DNA from: Eledone cirrhosa
Lineage: Eukaryota
NCBI GenBank assembly: GCA_964016885.1
Contig: OZ024748.1
Coordinates: 49,910,001-49,974,000, forward strand
Direction of reading: 5' to 3'
DNA: 64,000 bases
Below, in pieces: positions 41,208 through 57,136 of the stretch (position 1 is its first letter; each line of letters starts with the position of its first letter). The notes beneath the pieces were generated by a model. The model had not been told where the DNA came from and made no database searches. It saw only the letters and a program-made list of their open reading frames with translations. The position numbers were made by a program, and so were the translations under genes.

Positions 41208-41394
41208 CGAAGGAAATGTGGTAAGGAACCAGGTGAACCATAACGCACCAAAGTACTGCAATACTTAGGGTAGTAGAGTGGGTAATAGGAACCAGTAAGA
41301 CCCCGACGGCTGAGCTCAAACCGTTTCGACGGCTAATTAGTCCAGAATTAGCCGTCGAAACGGTTTGAGCTCAGCCGTCGGGGTCTTACTGGTT

Positions 41395-41399
<5 letters not shown>
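41206..41399. mobile_element. Family A palindromic insertion in (TA)n
   Basis: Long minus arm 41206-41338, short plus arm about 41339-41399. Confidence 0.8.
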
Positions 41400-41465
<66 letters not shown>

Positions 41466-41475
41466 AATCCACCGC

Positions 41476-41568
<93 letters not shown>

Positions 41569-41582
41569 GTATAATCCACCGC

Positions 41583-41624
<42 letters not shown>

Positions 41625-41675
41625 TATGTATATATATTATATATATGCGGTGGATTATACATATATATATATATG

Positions 41676-41790
<115 letters not shown>

Positions 41791-41822
41791 GCGGTGGATT
41801 ATACATATATATATATGTATAC

Positions 41823-41856
<34 letters not shown>

Positions 41857-41866
41857 TATATATATA

Positions 41867-42054
41867 GGCGGTGGATTGGCAGTATTGGTAGAGTGTCGGA
41901 TGCGCCATGCTTTGGCGCATCGAGTTATAGCTCTTGCCATTCTGAGTTCAAATCCCGCCGAGGTTAACTTTGTCTTTCATCCTTACGGGGTCGATAAAAT
42001 AAAGTACCAGTAATACACTGGGTAATTGCTGGCCTTGTGCCTAACGTAGAAACA
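41867..42054 (+). mobile_element. Major SINE, full length
   Basis: GGCGGTGGATTGGCAGTATTGG head, GAGTTCAAATCC B box, core and tail. Confidence 0.85.
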
Positions 42055-42401
42055 TATATTATATATATGTGTGTGTATGCGTAGATAATGTTTTGTAAAT
42101 CCAGAATGAAGGATTAAACAAGTCAATATATTGTAGTCAGAATATGTAGACTATTACAATAAGCACAGAAGTCTATATTTTTCTTGGGGCAATACATGCT
42201 TATATTTATATATACATGTATGTATAAACTAATTTCTGCACATGGTTTTATATATTTATATATACACGAAAAATATCAGGGCCCCGACGGCTGAGCTCTG
42301 GCCGTTTCAACAGCTACATCCGAACTCATATATATATATAGGTATGTATGTGTATAGAGATATACATATATGTGTGCGTATAAATACATGGTTTCATATG
42401 C

Positions 42402-42432
<31 letters not shown>

Positions 42433-42554
42433 TATATATACACACCACACACCATTATCTCCCCATACACACTCTCACACAGTCACACGTGCACAATACC
42501 CCCCCACACGTGCACACCCAACTGTATCCCCCCGCACACTCACATATACATAAA

Positions 42555-42592
<38 letters not shown>

Positions 42593-42647
42593 TAAGTTAT
42601 ACTATATTAAAACTATATATATGTATATATATATATAGGTAAGTTAT

Positions 42648-42758
<111 letters not shown>

Positions 42759-43059
42759 TCGTGTATATGTGTACACAATTGTAAGGATATATCAGCAGGC
42801 TAATCTTTCGTCCATCACTACTACCATTGCTTCTTCTAATATTTCTAATATGAATAATAAATAAAGCGTAAAATATCAATATTATTATTATTGTTATCAA
42901 TAGAGGAGCTACTTTATGACAGTAAGGGGATGATACATTTAAAAAAAAAAAAATATTTCACACAAAATTAGATTTTGATAAATGCTGAATAATAAATAAA
43001 TAAATATAAATGAGAAAATATTTTGGGGTGAGTGTGGGGAGAGGTATGTTGGCCAACCT

Positions 43060-43390
43060 CGAGCATATTTGTTAAAAGGAGTGTGAATATGGCGAGAATC
43101 GACTGAATGAAGGGGGACTGCTTGCTTTAAGCACGCGCTTCCAGTCTGTGTGGGTTGAAGTACATAGAGGGAAATGGTGGCGCCTTAGTGATTAAGATCA
43201 TCAAGGATTTGCGGTGTTCTTTAATTATAGCTGGGTGGTGCTTCCTTCCGTATTGAGGAACGTGTGTTATTATCAATAGTATGAAATGTGTTCCTCCGTT
43301 GTTCTTTGTTTACACGTCTATATCTTCATTGACGCACTTTATTGTATTGCCCCTAATATGTACTCACACAATAGTCAATAAAGAAATTAT
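43060..43390 (+). mobile_element. Decayed L1/Tx1 3' end
   Basis: TTTGTTAAAAGGAGTGTGAATATGGCGAGAAT resembles 7300-7335; tail TTGTATTGCCCC..AATAAAGAAATT. Confidence 0.4.
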
Positions 43391-43456
43391 CGTTGTTGCA
43401 CTGGGGTTGCTTTAATCTTCTTTTCCATTCACTTCAAATTGCTGGCCTTGTGCAAG

Positions 43457-43781
43457 GGCGGTGGATTGGCAGTATCGGTAGAGGGTCGGACGCCATGCTT
43501 TGAGGCATAGAGTTACGGCCCTTGCCATTCTGAGTTCAAATCCCGCCGAGGTTAACTTTGCCTTTCATCCTTACGGGGTCGATAAAATAAAGTACCAGTA
43601 ATACACTGGTTAATTGCTGGCCTTGTGCCAAAAGTAGAAACAATTATTATCAACATTCAAATCCCGCCGAGGTCGACTTTACCTTTCATCCTTACGGGGT
43701 CGATAAAATAAAGTACCAGTAATGCACTGGGTAATTGCTGGCCTTGTGCCTCAAGTAGAAACAATTATTATTATCAACATT
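43457..43781 (+). mobile_element. Major SINE, full length, plus a tandem partial copy
   Basis: Full copy 43457-43650, second body 43656-43773; both end ATTATTATCAACATT. Confidence 0.9.
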
Positions 43782-43926
43782 TTTAATCTCAGCCATATCT
43801 GTTTAACACCACTAGACCTAAGTATAAATTAACATGAGATAAATGTGTAGTAAAAAAAAATAGTTCTCGATGTGATATTAGCAAATATTAAATATTTATA
43901 TTAATTTTATAGCTTCTGCTGCTGAA

Positions 43927-44635
<709 letters not shown>

Positions 44636-44883
44636 AAACAATTAATGATAGCGATGACAATACCAACAGTGACATTGATGGTTCCAACCATCCCCATGAC
44701 TCTCCCTGCATCCCCCCACCCCCCTACCATCTGTGTATCAATCAAAATCATATAAATTAACCAATACAAACGACACAAAACAGAAACAAAATTATATTTT
44801 TATTCAAAAAAAATATTTTAGAAACATACTGAAATATATAAACAAAATGGAACAATGCAATGTAAGATGACAAATGTAACGAT

Positions 44884-44955
<72 letters not shown>

Positions 44956-44963
44956 CATATACA

Positions 44964-45018
<55 letters not shown>

Positions 45019-45020
45019 TC

Positions 45021-45057
<37 letters not shown>

Positions 45058-45125
45058 TATATACATATATATGAGTATGTACGAACAGCTCTCTCTATAT
45101 ATGTGTGTATATACACACAACACAC

Positions 45126-45187
<62 letters not shown>

Positions 45188-45351
45188 CATAAATAGCCCC
45201 CCCCCCTCCATGCAAAAAAATCAATATATGAATCGAAAATTCAATTATAATGTATCTTTTCATTTGTTGAATGTTATTTTCAAATGAAATAAAATAAGAA
45301 GTTTATGGTATATTATTAAAAGTTATCAGGCTTTGATAGATTAAAATATAA

Positions 45352-45484
<133 letters not shown>

Positions 45485-45776
45485 AGTATATGTATATTTA
45501 AACAAATGAATATAAGAAAAGAAAACAATACATAACAACAAAAGAAGCTTTAGTTATTATAATTGAATTAAATACATCTTTACAGATCAAAGCTTCGGCC
45601 ACACGCATATGTACGTATATGTACCTCTCTATCTCGTCCATGTATGTGCATTGCACGTATATATATATATGTATGTTTACACGGATGTATATGCGTACAC
45701 ATGCATTATGTACATATTTACATACACGCACATTGACACACCTACACGTCCACACAACCCTCCTCCACACACACAC

Positions 45777-45845
<69 letters not shown>

Positions 45846-46709
45846 TACATTCATGCATTCATTCATACAAACAAACAGACTCCGCACATAAATATAAAAA
45901 ACTTGTATCAGTATTACAATTCACTCAGACACAAACAGTTAAATAGTGTGCTTGTATGTTATTCCTATCATATCATTATTGTCTTAACATTATGGCTTTC
46001 TGTAATTAAATATATTGTATGAGTTAAGTCTGTCTGGATAGTGAGGGCCGGACGAAATACATTGGTATTAAGTAGTTTCTTGTTGGCATACATTGTGATT
46101 TCAGCACTTTATTTGTCTGGCTTTGCATTTTAGACATCAATGTAATTGCGTTATTTTGCCTCCACACTAAACTTGAGCCGATGTCTGATCAAAGGCACAC
46201 AAACATAACCCATTTCCAATTAAACCTAGATTCAGTTCATGAACAAAGATTTCGAAATATCTCCTAATGTTGTCATGTTGGTATTGTTTCTACCAGTAGG
46301 TACACAGTCACATCGTGTATAATGAAAATAAAATAAGCTCAGTTAAAGGTAAACATCATGTAACTAGAACCCTCAAAGTGGTTTTATATGCTAGGGCTGT
46401 TCATTTAAAACTTTTCCTGGTGAACGCAAAGGACCGGAAATATTTCCACAAGGCTTTAACCATTCCGCTAATCAGTTGCATTAATATTCGTATCATTTAT
46501 ATATAACAAGAAATTGGTATTATTGTATCAACAGTGTATGTATGGTCCTGTAATTCCTTATAGAGTCGTAATGGCGCTGAATTGACATACAGCGTTTCTT
46601 GGGTATTTGTAAGCCTGGTGGAGTCCATTCCTCTCCAGGCCTGAGTACAGCAGATTTCTTCTGAAAGAAAGATAGAAAGTGAGAGAGAGAAAATTAGAAA
46701 GATATATAG

Positions 46710-46855
46710 AGGAAGAATCGACCCCAGTATTAGTCTGGTACTTTTTATCCACCCCGAAAAGATGAAAGGCAATGTTGACCTTGGTGGGATTTGAACTCAG
46801 AGATCAGAGAGACGGAACACATGCCATAAAACAATCTATCCGACGTTCTAACGCC
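46710..46855 (-). mobile_element. Major SINE, old copy
   Basis: CTGGTACTTTTTATCCACCCCGAAAAGATGAAAGGC..GGATTTGAACTCAG. Confidence 0.65.
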
Positions 46856-48050
46856 GCTTTGTATCAACTTTACTAACCAATAATTAGATAATCTTACGTG
46901 ATTAATGTCTTTTTATAGAACTTATTACTTTCGGCATAAAACTTATTACATTCCGAGATCAAATGTTCCTGCATTCACCGACAAAACCCGCCACCGGTTG
47001 GATCCACCTAAATTGTTAGATGTCACTGTAAGTCGCCAAAATAAATTCTATATGAAGGCTGTGTCTTTGTTATCTTTGCAATACCGAACACGACTTAGTC
47101 TTAGCGTGTGGTTTCAAGTGTGATGGTGTTTACCACATTAATGTGATATGGATATATCATGTAAACACCAGGCAAAATTTACAGGCAATGTTCCATGAGA
47201 ATAAATGGGCTGTGAAGCTTCGAAAGAGATACACATGATCAGATACCACGTACATATATGTAGAATGAGAAAAAATGTACTTATTCTATGACATGTAGAT
47301 ATTTTATGTCATACGACTGTTTTCTCGTACAAAAATATACACATGAATAAAGAGACGTGTGTAATTGTTTGTTATAAACTAATGTTTTATTATATTTTGT
47401 ATATACAAATATACGTAGACACATACACATAAACAGGCACACACACACACACACGCACACATGTACACACACACACGCGCGTACCCGCCCACGCACGTAT
47501 GCGCGCACACGCACATATCGGTATGTATATATATAATAAAACCAGGATAATTGACAGAAGAGAACGGAAAACAAGACTAACACAAAAAAAAAAAAAGGTA
47601 AAACGAAAAGAAAAGATGTTTTAAAGGGGAATCTTCAATAAATATTTTTTGAAAATAACAAAGAAAAATGAAAGACGCAGAACTCCAAGGTCGTCGGCCA
47701 TTGAGATGGACTTAGGCATTTTCGACCTCACCAATGGAACTGCTGGTCCACCCATGGCCACAACATCTGACAAACAAACGAGTAAAAGACAAGACAAGAC
47801 AAAACAATAACTTACGGCAACAGGTACACATGGGATACAGGTACACATGCCATAACAGGTACACATGGGATTTCATGTGACCACTAGGAGGAGGTATCGT
47901 TCTATTCCTTGCAACGATAGTCTCGTGAGACTGAAAACAGGAAGTGGAAAAGAAAAAAAAAAGTAAAAGGCAAAAAGAAGAAAGTAAGAAATCGCGTAAT
48001 CCATTGAAAATATTGGGGATAGAAGAATAATCACTTTTGTCACAGATTTA

Positions 48051-48248
48051 TAATAATTGTTTCTACTTTTGGCACAAGGCCAGCAATTATTCCAGTGTAT
48101 TACTGGTACTTTATTTTATCGACCCCTTAAGGATGAAAGGCAAAGTTAACCTCGGCGAGATTTGAACTCAGACCATAAAGGGCCGTAACTCTTTGCTGCA
48201 AAGCAAAGCATGGTGTCCGACCCTCTACCGATTCTGCCAATCCACCGC
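48051..48248 (-). mobile_element. Major SINE, full length
   Basis: Reverse complement of the consensus; 3' half copy at 48874-48983. Confidence 0.85.
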
Positions 48249-48284
48249 AGATTAATAATAATATAATTAGGATATAATTCATGT

Positions 48285-48465
<181 letters not shown>

Positions 48466-49715
48466 GTAAGTGCATACGTATGTAAGATACCGGCATAGAC
48501 GTGTGGTTATACCATTCGCTTAGTTTTTTTAACATGGTAGCCTCAGATGAACCCGACCTTGAGGATAAAATAGTTTTGCCTGAAACTGTGCTGAAGTTTA
48601 TCAATTGATAGTGTCTGCTTTATCTCCCACTATGACATACTGATACTTCCTGCGAAATACGGTAAGGTTAACGCAACTGTGGAGTACTCAGCCATTAACA
48701 CAACGATCCTTCATTTATTGTTTTGAACTGTTTTCGTTTATGTTTGAAAAGAGGGTTTAACCTTAAAATAACATGTTGAAATATTACTTAGTTTTATTTT
48801 GTTGTCATCCTTCGTCCAACATATTATTATATTGTACGGGATTTCTGAAACTTATCAGTCAAAGAATCCCTGTAATAATTGTTTCTACTTTAGGCACAAG
48901 GCCAGCAATTACCCAGTTCATTACTGGTACTTTATTTTATCGATCCCGTAAGGATGAAAGGCAAAGTCAACCTCGGCGGGATTAATAATTGCTTTGCAGG
49001 TGATTAAAAACGATGCCACGTAATAATAACCTAAATTGCAATACTAGGCACACATACTACGTCGAGTACGTTTAACAGAACAGAAAAAACACCAAACTAT
49101 AGGAATAAACTCAAAGTACACAAGTGAACAAATCTGCGCTCGCAGTACAGTGGAAACGCAATAGTAATAAGACTACTGGGAAAATAATAATGACTTGTAG
49201 TAGTAATACATGGGTGAGTGATATATCTTCTATTATCGTTGTATTAGAAAGTTTATTGAAAGTAAAAAGAAATCATTTCCTCCAAATTGAGGAGAATAAC
49301 AAGAGAGAGAGATAGAGAGAGAGGGGGGTGAAAGGAAGAGGGAATAAAAAAGAGAGGGAGGGACCAAATCATTGAGAAAGGAGAGAGATGAGAAAATTAA
49401 AACGAAAAATATTAAGGGTTAAGAAAATCGAAGTAAAATATTTGAAAAAAAAAAAAACAAAAAAAAAAACGAAAGCTCCAAAGTAAAAAAATGAACACAA
49501 CCAAATATATATATAAATAAAATGGAGAGAGTGGGCAACAGCAAGTAAAGAGCAACAAAGCAAAAAGCACACACACACACACACATATATATAGACCGTC
49601 ACAAAACGAGGGAAAAAACTGGCAAAATAAGAACAACGTAGAAAAGGTAAAACAAAGTACAAACGAATAACGAAATTCAACAGCAGTGAGAAGTCTCTTT
49701 CTCTCTCTCTCTCTG

Positions 49716-49776
<61 letters not shown>

Positions 49777-49782
49777 TTCTAT

Positions 49783-49819
<37 letters not shown>

Positions 49820-49855
49820 AATATATACATATTTCTATACACACACACACACATA

Positions 49856-49973
<118 letters not shown>

Positions 49974-50660
49974 TATGACCCCTCGCACACACACAAAAAA
50001 TAAAAATCCAGTGGAAAGGAATATATTTTAACTGGAAGGCAAAAAGCCACTTAAGATTAATGCAAACGGTAAATCTCAAAGAAGTGAAATCATCATGAAT
50101 ACGAATCTACGAAAAAGAAAAGCATTTTCTTTTGACTATGAATTTCTGTTTATTAAGAAACGGCGTCACTTGTATCAGTTCATATCGTTGTCTTTTACTC
50201 TTTTCTAGAATTTTCTTTAAAATATTCATGTTCCCCCACGAAAAAAAAAACAACAAAAAAACAACAACAAGCAACACAAAAACAAAACAAAAAAACAACA
50301 CAAAACAAAGCCCCCCAAAAAGAGCAAAAAAAATAATAATGATGGAAATATTTGATTTAGATAGAAAGTGGATAGGTGTGGAGGAGGAGGTAGTAATGTG
50401 ATGTAGTGCTGGCAACCAGGAGCTTAAAGCTTCTGATGGGGTGGTGTAACTGTAAGTGAGGGGAGATGCAATAGGAATAAGAGGATGGGAATGATGAGGG
50501 GTTGAAGAGAGGAGAGTGAAGGGAGATGGGTGAGAAGATGGGTATTTTGAGAGCGGATTCCGGTGGGTGATTGCGTGACATGTTTGTAGTCTGTTGCAGC
50601 AAGAGCGTTTTTTGCCTGCTAATATATGTCTATACGAATTTCTGCATATATATATATATT

Positions 50661-50808
<148 letters not shown>

Positions 50809-50819
50809 CATATATATAC

Positions 50820-50946
<127 letters not shown>

Positions 50947-50971
50947 TATATATAAATATATATATATATAA

Positions 50972-51108
<137 letters not shown>

Positions 51109-51190
51109 TTGTTATACTTTGGGAGGGTCATGTTGCCAATAAGAATCTTGCTAAACAAATTCAGAAACTATATATATATATACACATACA

Positions 51191-51302
<112 letters not shown>

Positions 51303-51856
51303 CATATATATTTGTGTAAGTAAATGTTTGTGTTAGTATTAGTATTTGTTTAAGTGCAAATTTTCTCAGAACAATTTTGTTAGTGTATTTACATGTATGT
51401 TTAATGTATCCGTATGCGGGCTTATGCATTTCCGTATGTCTGTAAATAACTTTTTATACCATTCTGCATCTCCCCAGCATTGAGTACTCCTGTGATTAGT
51501 CGCCTCCTCGGTCTCAGCATCGCAGAATCCTCTCTGCCTGTCTCTCAGTCTCTCTCTCTGTATCTATTACTTATATATCTATCTATCTAACTATCTAGCT
51601 TTCTTTCTCTCTCTCTCTCTATGGATATATGTATATATATATATATATATCAGATGTGAGAAAAACCACAGACCCTCCATCTCAACTCACCTTTTGAAAA
51701 GCAGAAGAACTGCGAAACCGGTAAAGGAACCAAATAAATATATATATTTAAAAAAAAATAAGACTTCAGTTGCATTTTCGATTTCATCTCTTTTTCTTTA
51801 TACTTTCACTCGTGTCGGACACCTCGGTTATTTTTCATTTTGTAAAAAAACTTCAC

Positions 51857-51949
<93 letters not shown>

Positions 51950-51990
51950 CGAAACATAAGTCAATTGCATGAACTCATAATCCTTTATTT

Positions 51991-52046
51991 ACTGCTATAT
52001 ATATTTCGATGATAGCCATTGAATGGCTATGACCTCTTCAGGCAGT
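51991..52046 (-). ncRNA. Type I hammerhead ribozyme, family G
   Basis: ACUGC-CUGAAGA-GGUCAUAGCCA(UUCAA)UGGCUAUCAUC-GAAA-UAUAUA-UA-GCAGU in a ~150-bp island between (TA)n tracts. Confidence 0.8.
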
Positions 52047-52089
52047 TAGCCAGCTCTGTGTTTATAGTGTTGATGGTATCAGAACATTG

Positions 52090-52130
<41 letters not shown>

Positions 52131-52212
52131 GTTACCACTATCCAGGAAGCTCCAACCGTTAAGGTTGTCTTTTTTTCCGGGTATGTCAATATTTATTTAT
52201 AAAACAAATCTG

Positions 52213-52278
52213 TATTTTATCTGATGAAAGCGCACCATAATTTGCCTTGGTTGCCCTTGAAATATGTATAATAAAATA
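52213..52278 (+). ncRNA. Type I hammerhead ribozyme, family H (C-like stem I)
   Basis: TATTTTAT-CTGATGA-AAGCGCACCA..TGGTTGCCCTT-GAAA-TATGTA-TA-ATAAAATA. Confidence 0.72.
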
Positions 52279-52316
52279 AATATCGTTTTATAAATATAGT
52301 TTCCATTTATTAATAT

Positions 52317-52369
<53 letters not shown>

Positions 52370-52649
52370 TTATATTTGGGGAGGGTCATATTGTTGTAAT
52401 AATATTGCCAGAATTAATAACAGAACACACTCACTGTTTGGTTAATTTTCGCTTCTGTGTCTTTTATATCGGTTAATTTTATTTATTCGGTCCTCAATGT
52501 TACCATTAACTGACCAACGGTCAAAAATACAGATATAATATAGACACAAACAAATATATATAGTTTAACAAAGTTCTTACGTTGCACATCTGCAACATCG
52601 TCAGTGGTGCTATTATGTTTCCTCCTGTTGTATTGTATGCCTACGCCAT

Positions 52650-52694
<45 letters not shown>

Positions 52695-52699
52695 TACAC

Positions 52700-52800
<101 letters not shown>

Positions 52801-53122
52801 AAAGAATTGAGGTGTAACACACAAGTTATTATATATTGGTAAACGGAATAGAAAATGCTGACAAATTGTTCACAGTTGAAAAATGTTTTAATTAGGAATA
52901 AAAGAGTGTTAGTAATTGTATGGGTTAGTATTCAGTTGTGGTTTTAAGTTTTTAAGTTTTTACCGGTTGCGCATTTCTAAATGCTTTTCGAAAATAATTT
53001 TGAGATAGAGTGTCCGTGTTGTTTGCTCTGATCAGATATATATATGTATATATATATATACAACCAAATTATAAATGTAAACATGTAAGTATGTTTTTGA
53101 AACGGTGCGCGAGTTTGAAATT

Positions 53123-53342
53123 AGAAATTAGAAATTATAAGCTTTCACCGTATTTTAGACTAAAGAAATTTCTAGCCTGATAGTGGGGTTTATAACCCTC
53201 GGAGAAATGGAAAAAGATGATTGTTGCCTCCCATGTACGGCAACAATCATCTTTTTCCATTTCTCCGAGGGTTATAAACCCCACTATCAGGCTAGACATT
53301 TCTTTAGTTTAAAATACGGTGAAAGCTTATAATTTCTAATTT

Positions 53343-53344
<2 letters not shown>
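53123..53344. repeat. ~106-bp near-perfect inverted repeat ending in (TA)n
   Basis: Arms 53123-53228 / 53239-53344 with a 10-nt spacer and 2 mismatches; arm carries GAAAGCTTA (HHR 3'-half-like). Confidence 0.9.
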
Positions 53345-53418
<74 letters not shown>

Positions 53419-53793
53419 TACAAATATAAACAATCCCATCTATTACATTATTTCGAAGTAAAGTCCTTCGCAATCGCAATATTTGCTGCGTTATTATTTA
53501 AATGAAGTAATCTTAACATCATTTACTTATTTAGCTTCATGTCGAATATTTGTAAGAATTCAATTATCTAGCAGCTCGGTATAGTGTTAGTTACATGATG
53601 AGAGTTTTTCTCTTCCTTTCTCTCTCTGTCTTAGTCTTTACATTTCCACATTGTTGCGATGGAACGAAACTTAATACGTCTCTGATACCCATTTTATAGC
53701 GACATACATATCGAACGGCAAATGTGACATCGAAAACATTGATGTAAAAGAAGGTTGTTTGTCTGAAATTGCTGCTCATTATCTGTTGATAAA

Positions 53794-54365
53794 GGGCGGT
53801 GGACTGGCAGTATCGGTAGAGGGTCGGACGCTATGCTTTGACGTATAGAGTTACGGTCCTTGCCATTCTGAGTTCAAATCCCGCCGAGGTTAACTTTGCC
53901 TTTCATCCTTACGGGGTCGATCAAATAAAGTACCAGTAATGCACTGGCTAATTGCTGGCCTTGTGCCAAAAGTAGAAACCATTATCTGTTGATAAAATTA
54001 AGGTGGTGTATTGGCGGTATCATTAGATTATCGGACAAGTTTTGCGGCGTAGAGTTACGGCACTTTACGTTATGAGTTCCAATCTCACCGAGATTAACTT
54101 TGCTTTATATCCTTACGGCTTTGATAAAATAAAGCAACAGTAATGAACTGGTGTCGATTTAATCGACCTTTCACTCTCCTCAAATCCATGGACTTGCGCC
54201 TAAATCAATAATTATTATTTAATCGGAGTTCTATTATTCCCTTCATTCTTCCGGACTCAATGAAATAAATTACCAGTAACGCACTGGGGTGGATTTAGTC
54301 GACTTCCCCCTCCACTAAAATTGTTGGCCTTGTGCCTACACCAGAAACCATTATCTGTTGATAAA
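53794..54365 (+). mobile_element. Cluster of three major SINE copies
   Basis: Young copy 53794-53980, older copies 54001-54215 and about 54232-54350. Confidence 0.85.
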
Positions 54366-55417
54366 ATTGATTTGTTTTAAGGAAATCCGACATACTCATG
54401 TAAATTATGAGGATTAAGATTTGTTTGAAATTCTTGACTTTCGAACACCATTCACATTTTACTTGCACCAAAAGTAACTGTTGCAAGTATGTATATTTGT
54501 TGTATAATGCCCCAGAAGAAGGTAGCCATTTTAACTGTATTATATTCACTGTCCGTTATAAATTGTGTTCAGGTAATGAGAAAATATCAATAATAAAACG
54601 GAACGTGAACACTCTAAAGCGGAACTGATTTACTGATAAATAAGAAACTATACTTTGTCTTTGGATTATTTTCCCATTAAAATCTTCATTTTTGTTCAAT
54701 TCATCAAAATGTTTGACGTTGTTTCAGATTCATAGATTCATTTTGTAGTTGAAAAGTTTTTAAAATACGCCTTAAAAAAAAAATTATATATATATATAGT
54801 TGATTTCTAAGACATACTGAGATTTTATATCTATCCATAATATAGAATTGTATAAGCAACGAATTCCAATATTTTTTCATACGGTCTCTGTGTTAAGGCT
54901 AACCTGCAACCATCACACAATGCACAGTCACACGTACACATACACAATAAGACTAATTAACATACACAGTCAAAAATACATACGTAGAGAGATATACAGT
55001 TATATAGAAATACGCACATGCATACTATCTCATATATATACATATATGCACACACATACATATAGATGGTGGAAAATGAATTATTAAACATGATATTATG
55101 AATAAATTGCGAATATCTGTCATTTGCAAATCACTGAAGTTTTTTCTTCGTCTAATTTAATCTAATTTCATTTTTACATATTTTGTGAGTTCGTATTTCT
55201 TAAAGGACTAAAGCGCTCAATTATTCATTAACATCATAACTTTAAACTTATCCAAAACTTATCCAAAACGATGAATCATTTCACTCACTCACAATCTCCC
55301 CCACAGACACCTCCTACACATACACATATTGAAAGAATATATGCCTATGTATATCTATATCTATCTCTCCCTCTCTCTCTCTATATATATACCAGCATAC
55401 ATTCATACATATGTAAC

Positions 55418-55449
<32 letters not shown>

Positions 55450-55484
55450 TATATATATATATATCTGATGAAGGACTAACTTTA

Positions 55485-55560
<76 letters not shown>

Positions 55561-55584
55561 TATATACACACACACAGACATATG

Positions 55585-55620
<36 letters not shown>

Positions 55621-55623
55621 CGC

Positions 55624-55708
<85 letters not shown>

Positions 55709-55892
55709 GTTACATGTATGCTGGTATATATATATATATATATATATATCTATCTATATATATATATATATATATCTATATATATATAGAGAGAGAGAGA
55801 GAATTATCGAATGAAATAAAATCATATTTCCATACAGTGATCGAATAGTTTTAGCTTATTGGTGAATCAGAGGCTACACTCAGTATTATATA

Positions 55893-55977
<85 letters not shown>

Positions 55978-56052
55978 ATATATATGTATATATATATATA
56001 TATAAGCTCTGAATTTATACAGATATAACTTTATAATATATATATGTGTGTA

Positions 56053-56495
56053 CTACTAGATTCCGTTAGATGGAGCTGGCCGTCAGCCTTCTATTCATAG
56101 CGGAGGCTTTCAACATATTTATTTATTAAACATACCGTATATCTTTAGATGTACAAAATTCACATATATGTGTATATACAGCTTTGTCAAAGCTAAATTT
56201 TAATTCTATTTTAAGTTGAGACAATTTATACAGTTTCGTATGTAAATGAGGTTAATCAGGCTATTTACACAAGTGAAAAGATTATATATTTTCGCCTGTC
56301 TCAATGTCCAACTGTAGGCAGTGTTAAGCATTGTTCTGACAAGAACCATTTAAGTTTGAAATTCATAGACAATTATCCGTCTTGTTTCTACTGGATTCCG
56401 CCAGACGGCGCTGGCCGTCAGCCTTCTATACATAGCTGAGTCTTTCAAAATGTTTATTTATTAAACATACTGTATATCTGTAGATATACGAAATT

Positions 56496-56499
<4 letters not shown>
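56053..56499 (+). mobile_element. Tail-body-tail element (335-bp period) with a decayed HHR at 56330-56373
   Basis: ~110-bp diverged direct repeats at 56053 and 56388; ATTGTT-CTGACAA-GAAC..GTTT-GAAATTCATA-GACAAT just upstream of the second repeat. Confidence 0.65.
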
Positions 56500-56571
<72 letters not shown>

Positions 56572-56575
<4 letters not shown>

Positions 56576-56804
56576 AACAAGTAAGACCCCGACGGCTGAG
56601 CTCAAGCCGTTTCGACGGCTAATTCTGGACTATATATCTGATGAAGGACTAACTTTATTCATATTCCAGTCCAGAATTAGCCGTCGAAACGGCTTGAGCT
56701 CAGCCGTCGGGGTCTTACTTGTTCCTATTACCCTCTCTACTACCCTAAGTATCGAGTACTTTGGTGCGTTATGGTCCACCTGGTTCCTTACCACATTTCC
56801 TTCG

Positions 56805-56807
<3 letters not shown>
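56572..56807. mobile_element. Family A palindromic insertion; the only copy with both HHR core halves (56638-56714)
   Basis: CTGATGA 56638; GAAA 56686; stem III ACGGCT/AGCCGT; GUC 56706-56708; 5' strand of stem I absent. Confidence 0.8.
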
Positions 56808-56840
<33 letters not shown>

Positions 56841-57136
56841 ATGTGTGTGTATGTGTGTGTGTTGACATATAAGTATATGTATAGATAGATTGATAAACAA
56901 GCGAACTAGTTGAGAGATCAATGTTGGCTGCGATATGCCAAAAATATTTGAAGTTGAATGTGTTTCTACAATTTACAAATAGAAGCAACGTAGGTTTTAT
57001 GTATCGAAAATGTTGCAGACGTGGAATGTCACAGAGGAGAAATATGAATAAATAATAAGTAGAAGGATTCTATTTTATATCTTCCGTTGTAAATAGCGTC
57101 TGAATCTTTAAATATTTTATTATTAAAGTCGTTACA

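Noticed and set aside
41867-41960. tRNA gene
   Set aside because: A/B-box-like motifs belong to SINE heads; no complete cloverleaf
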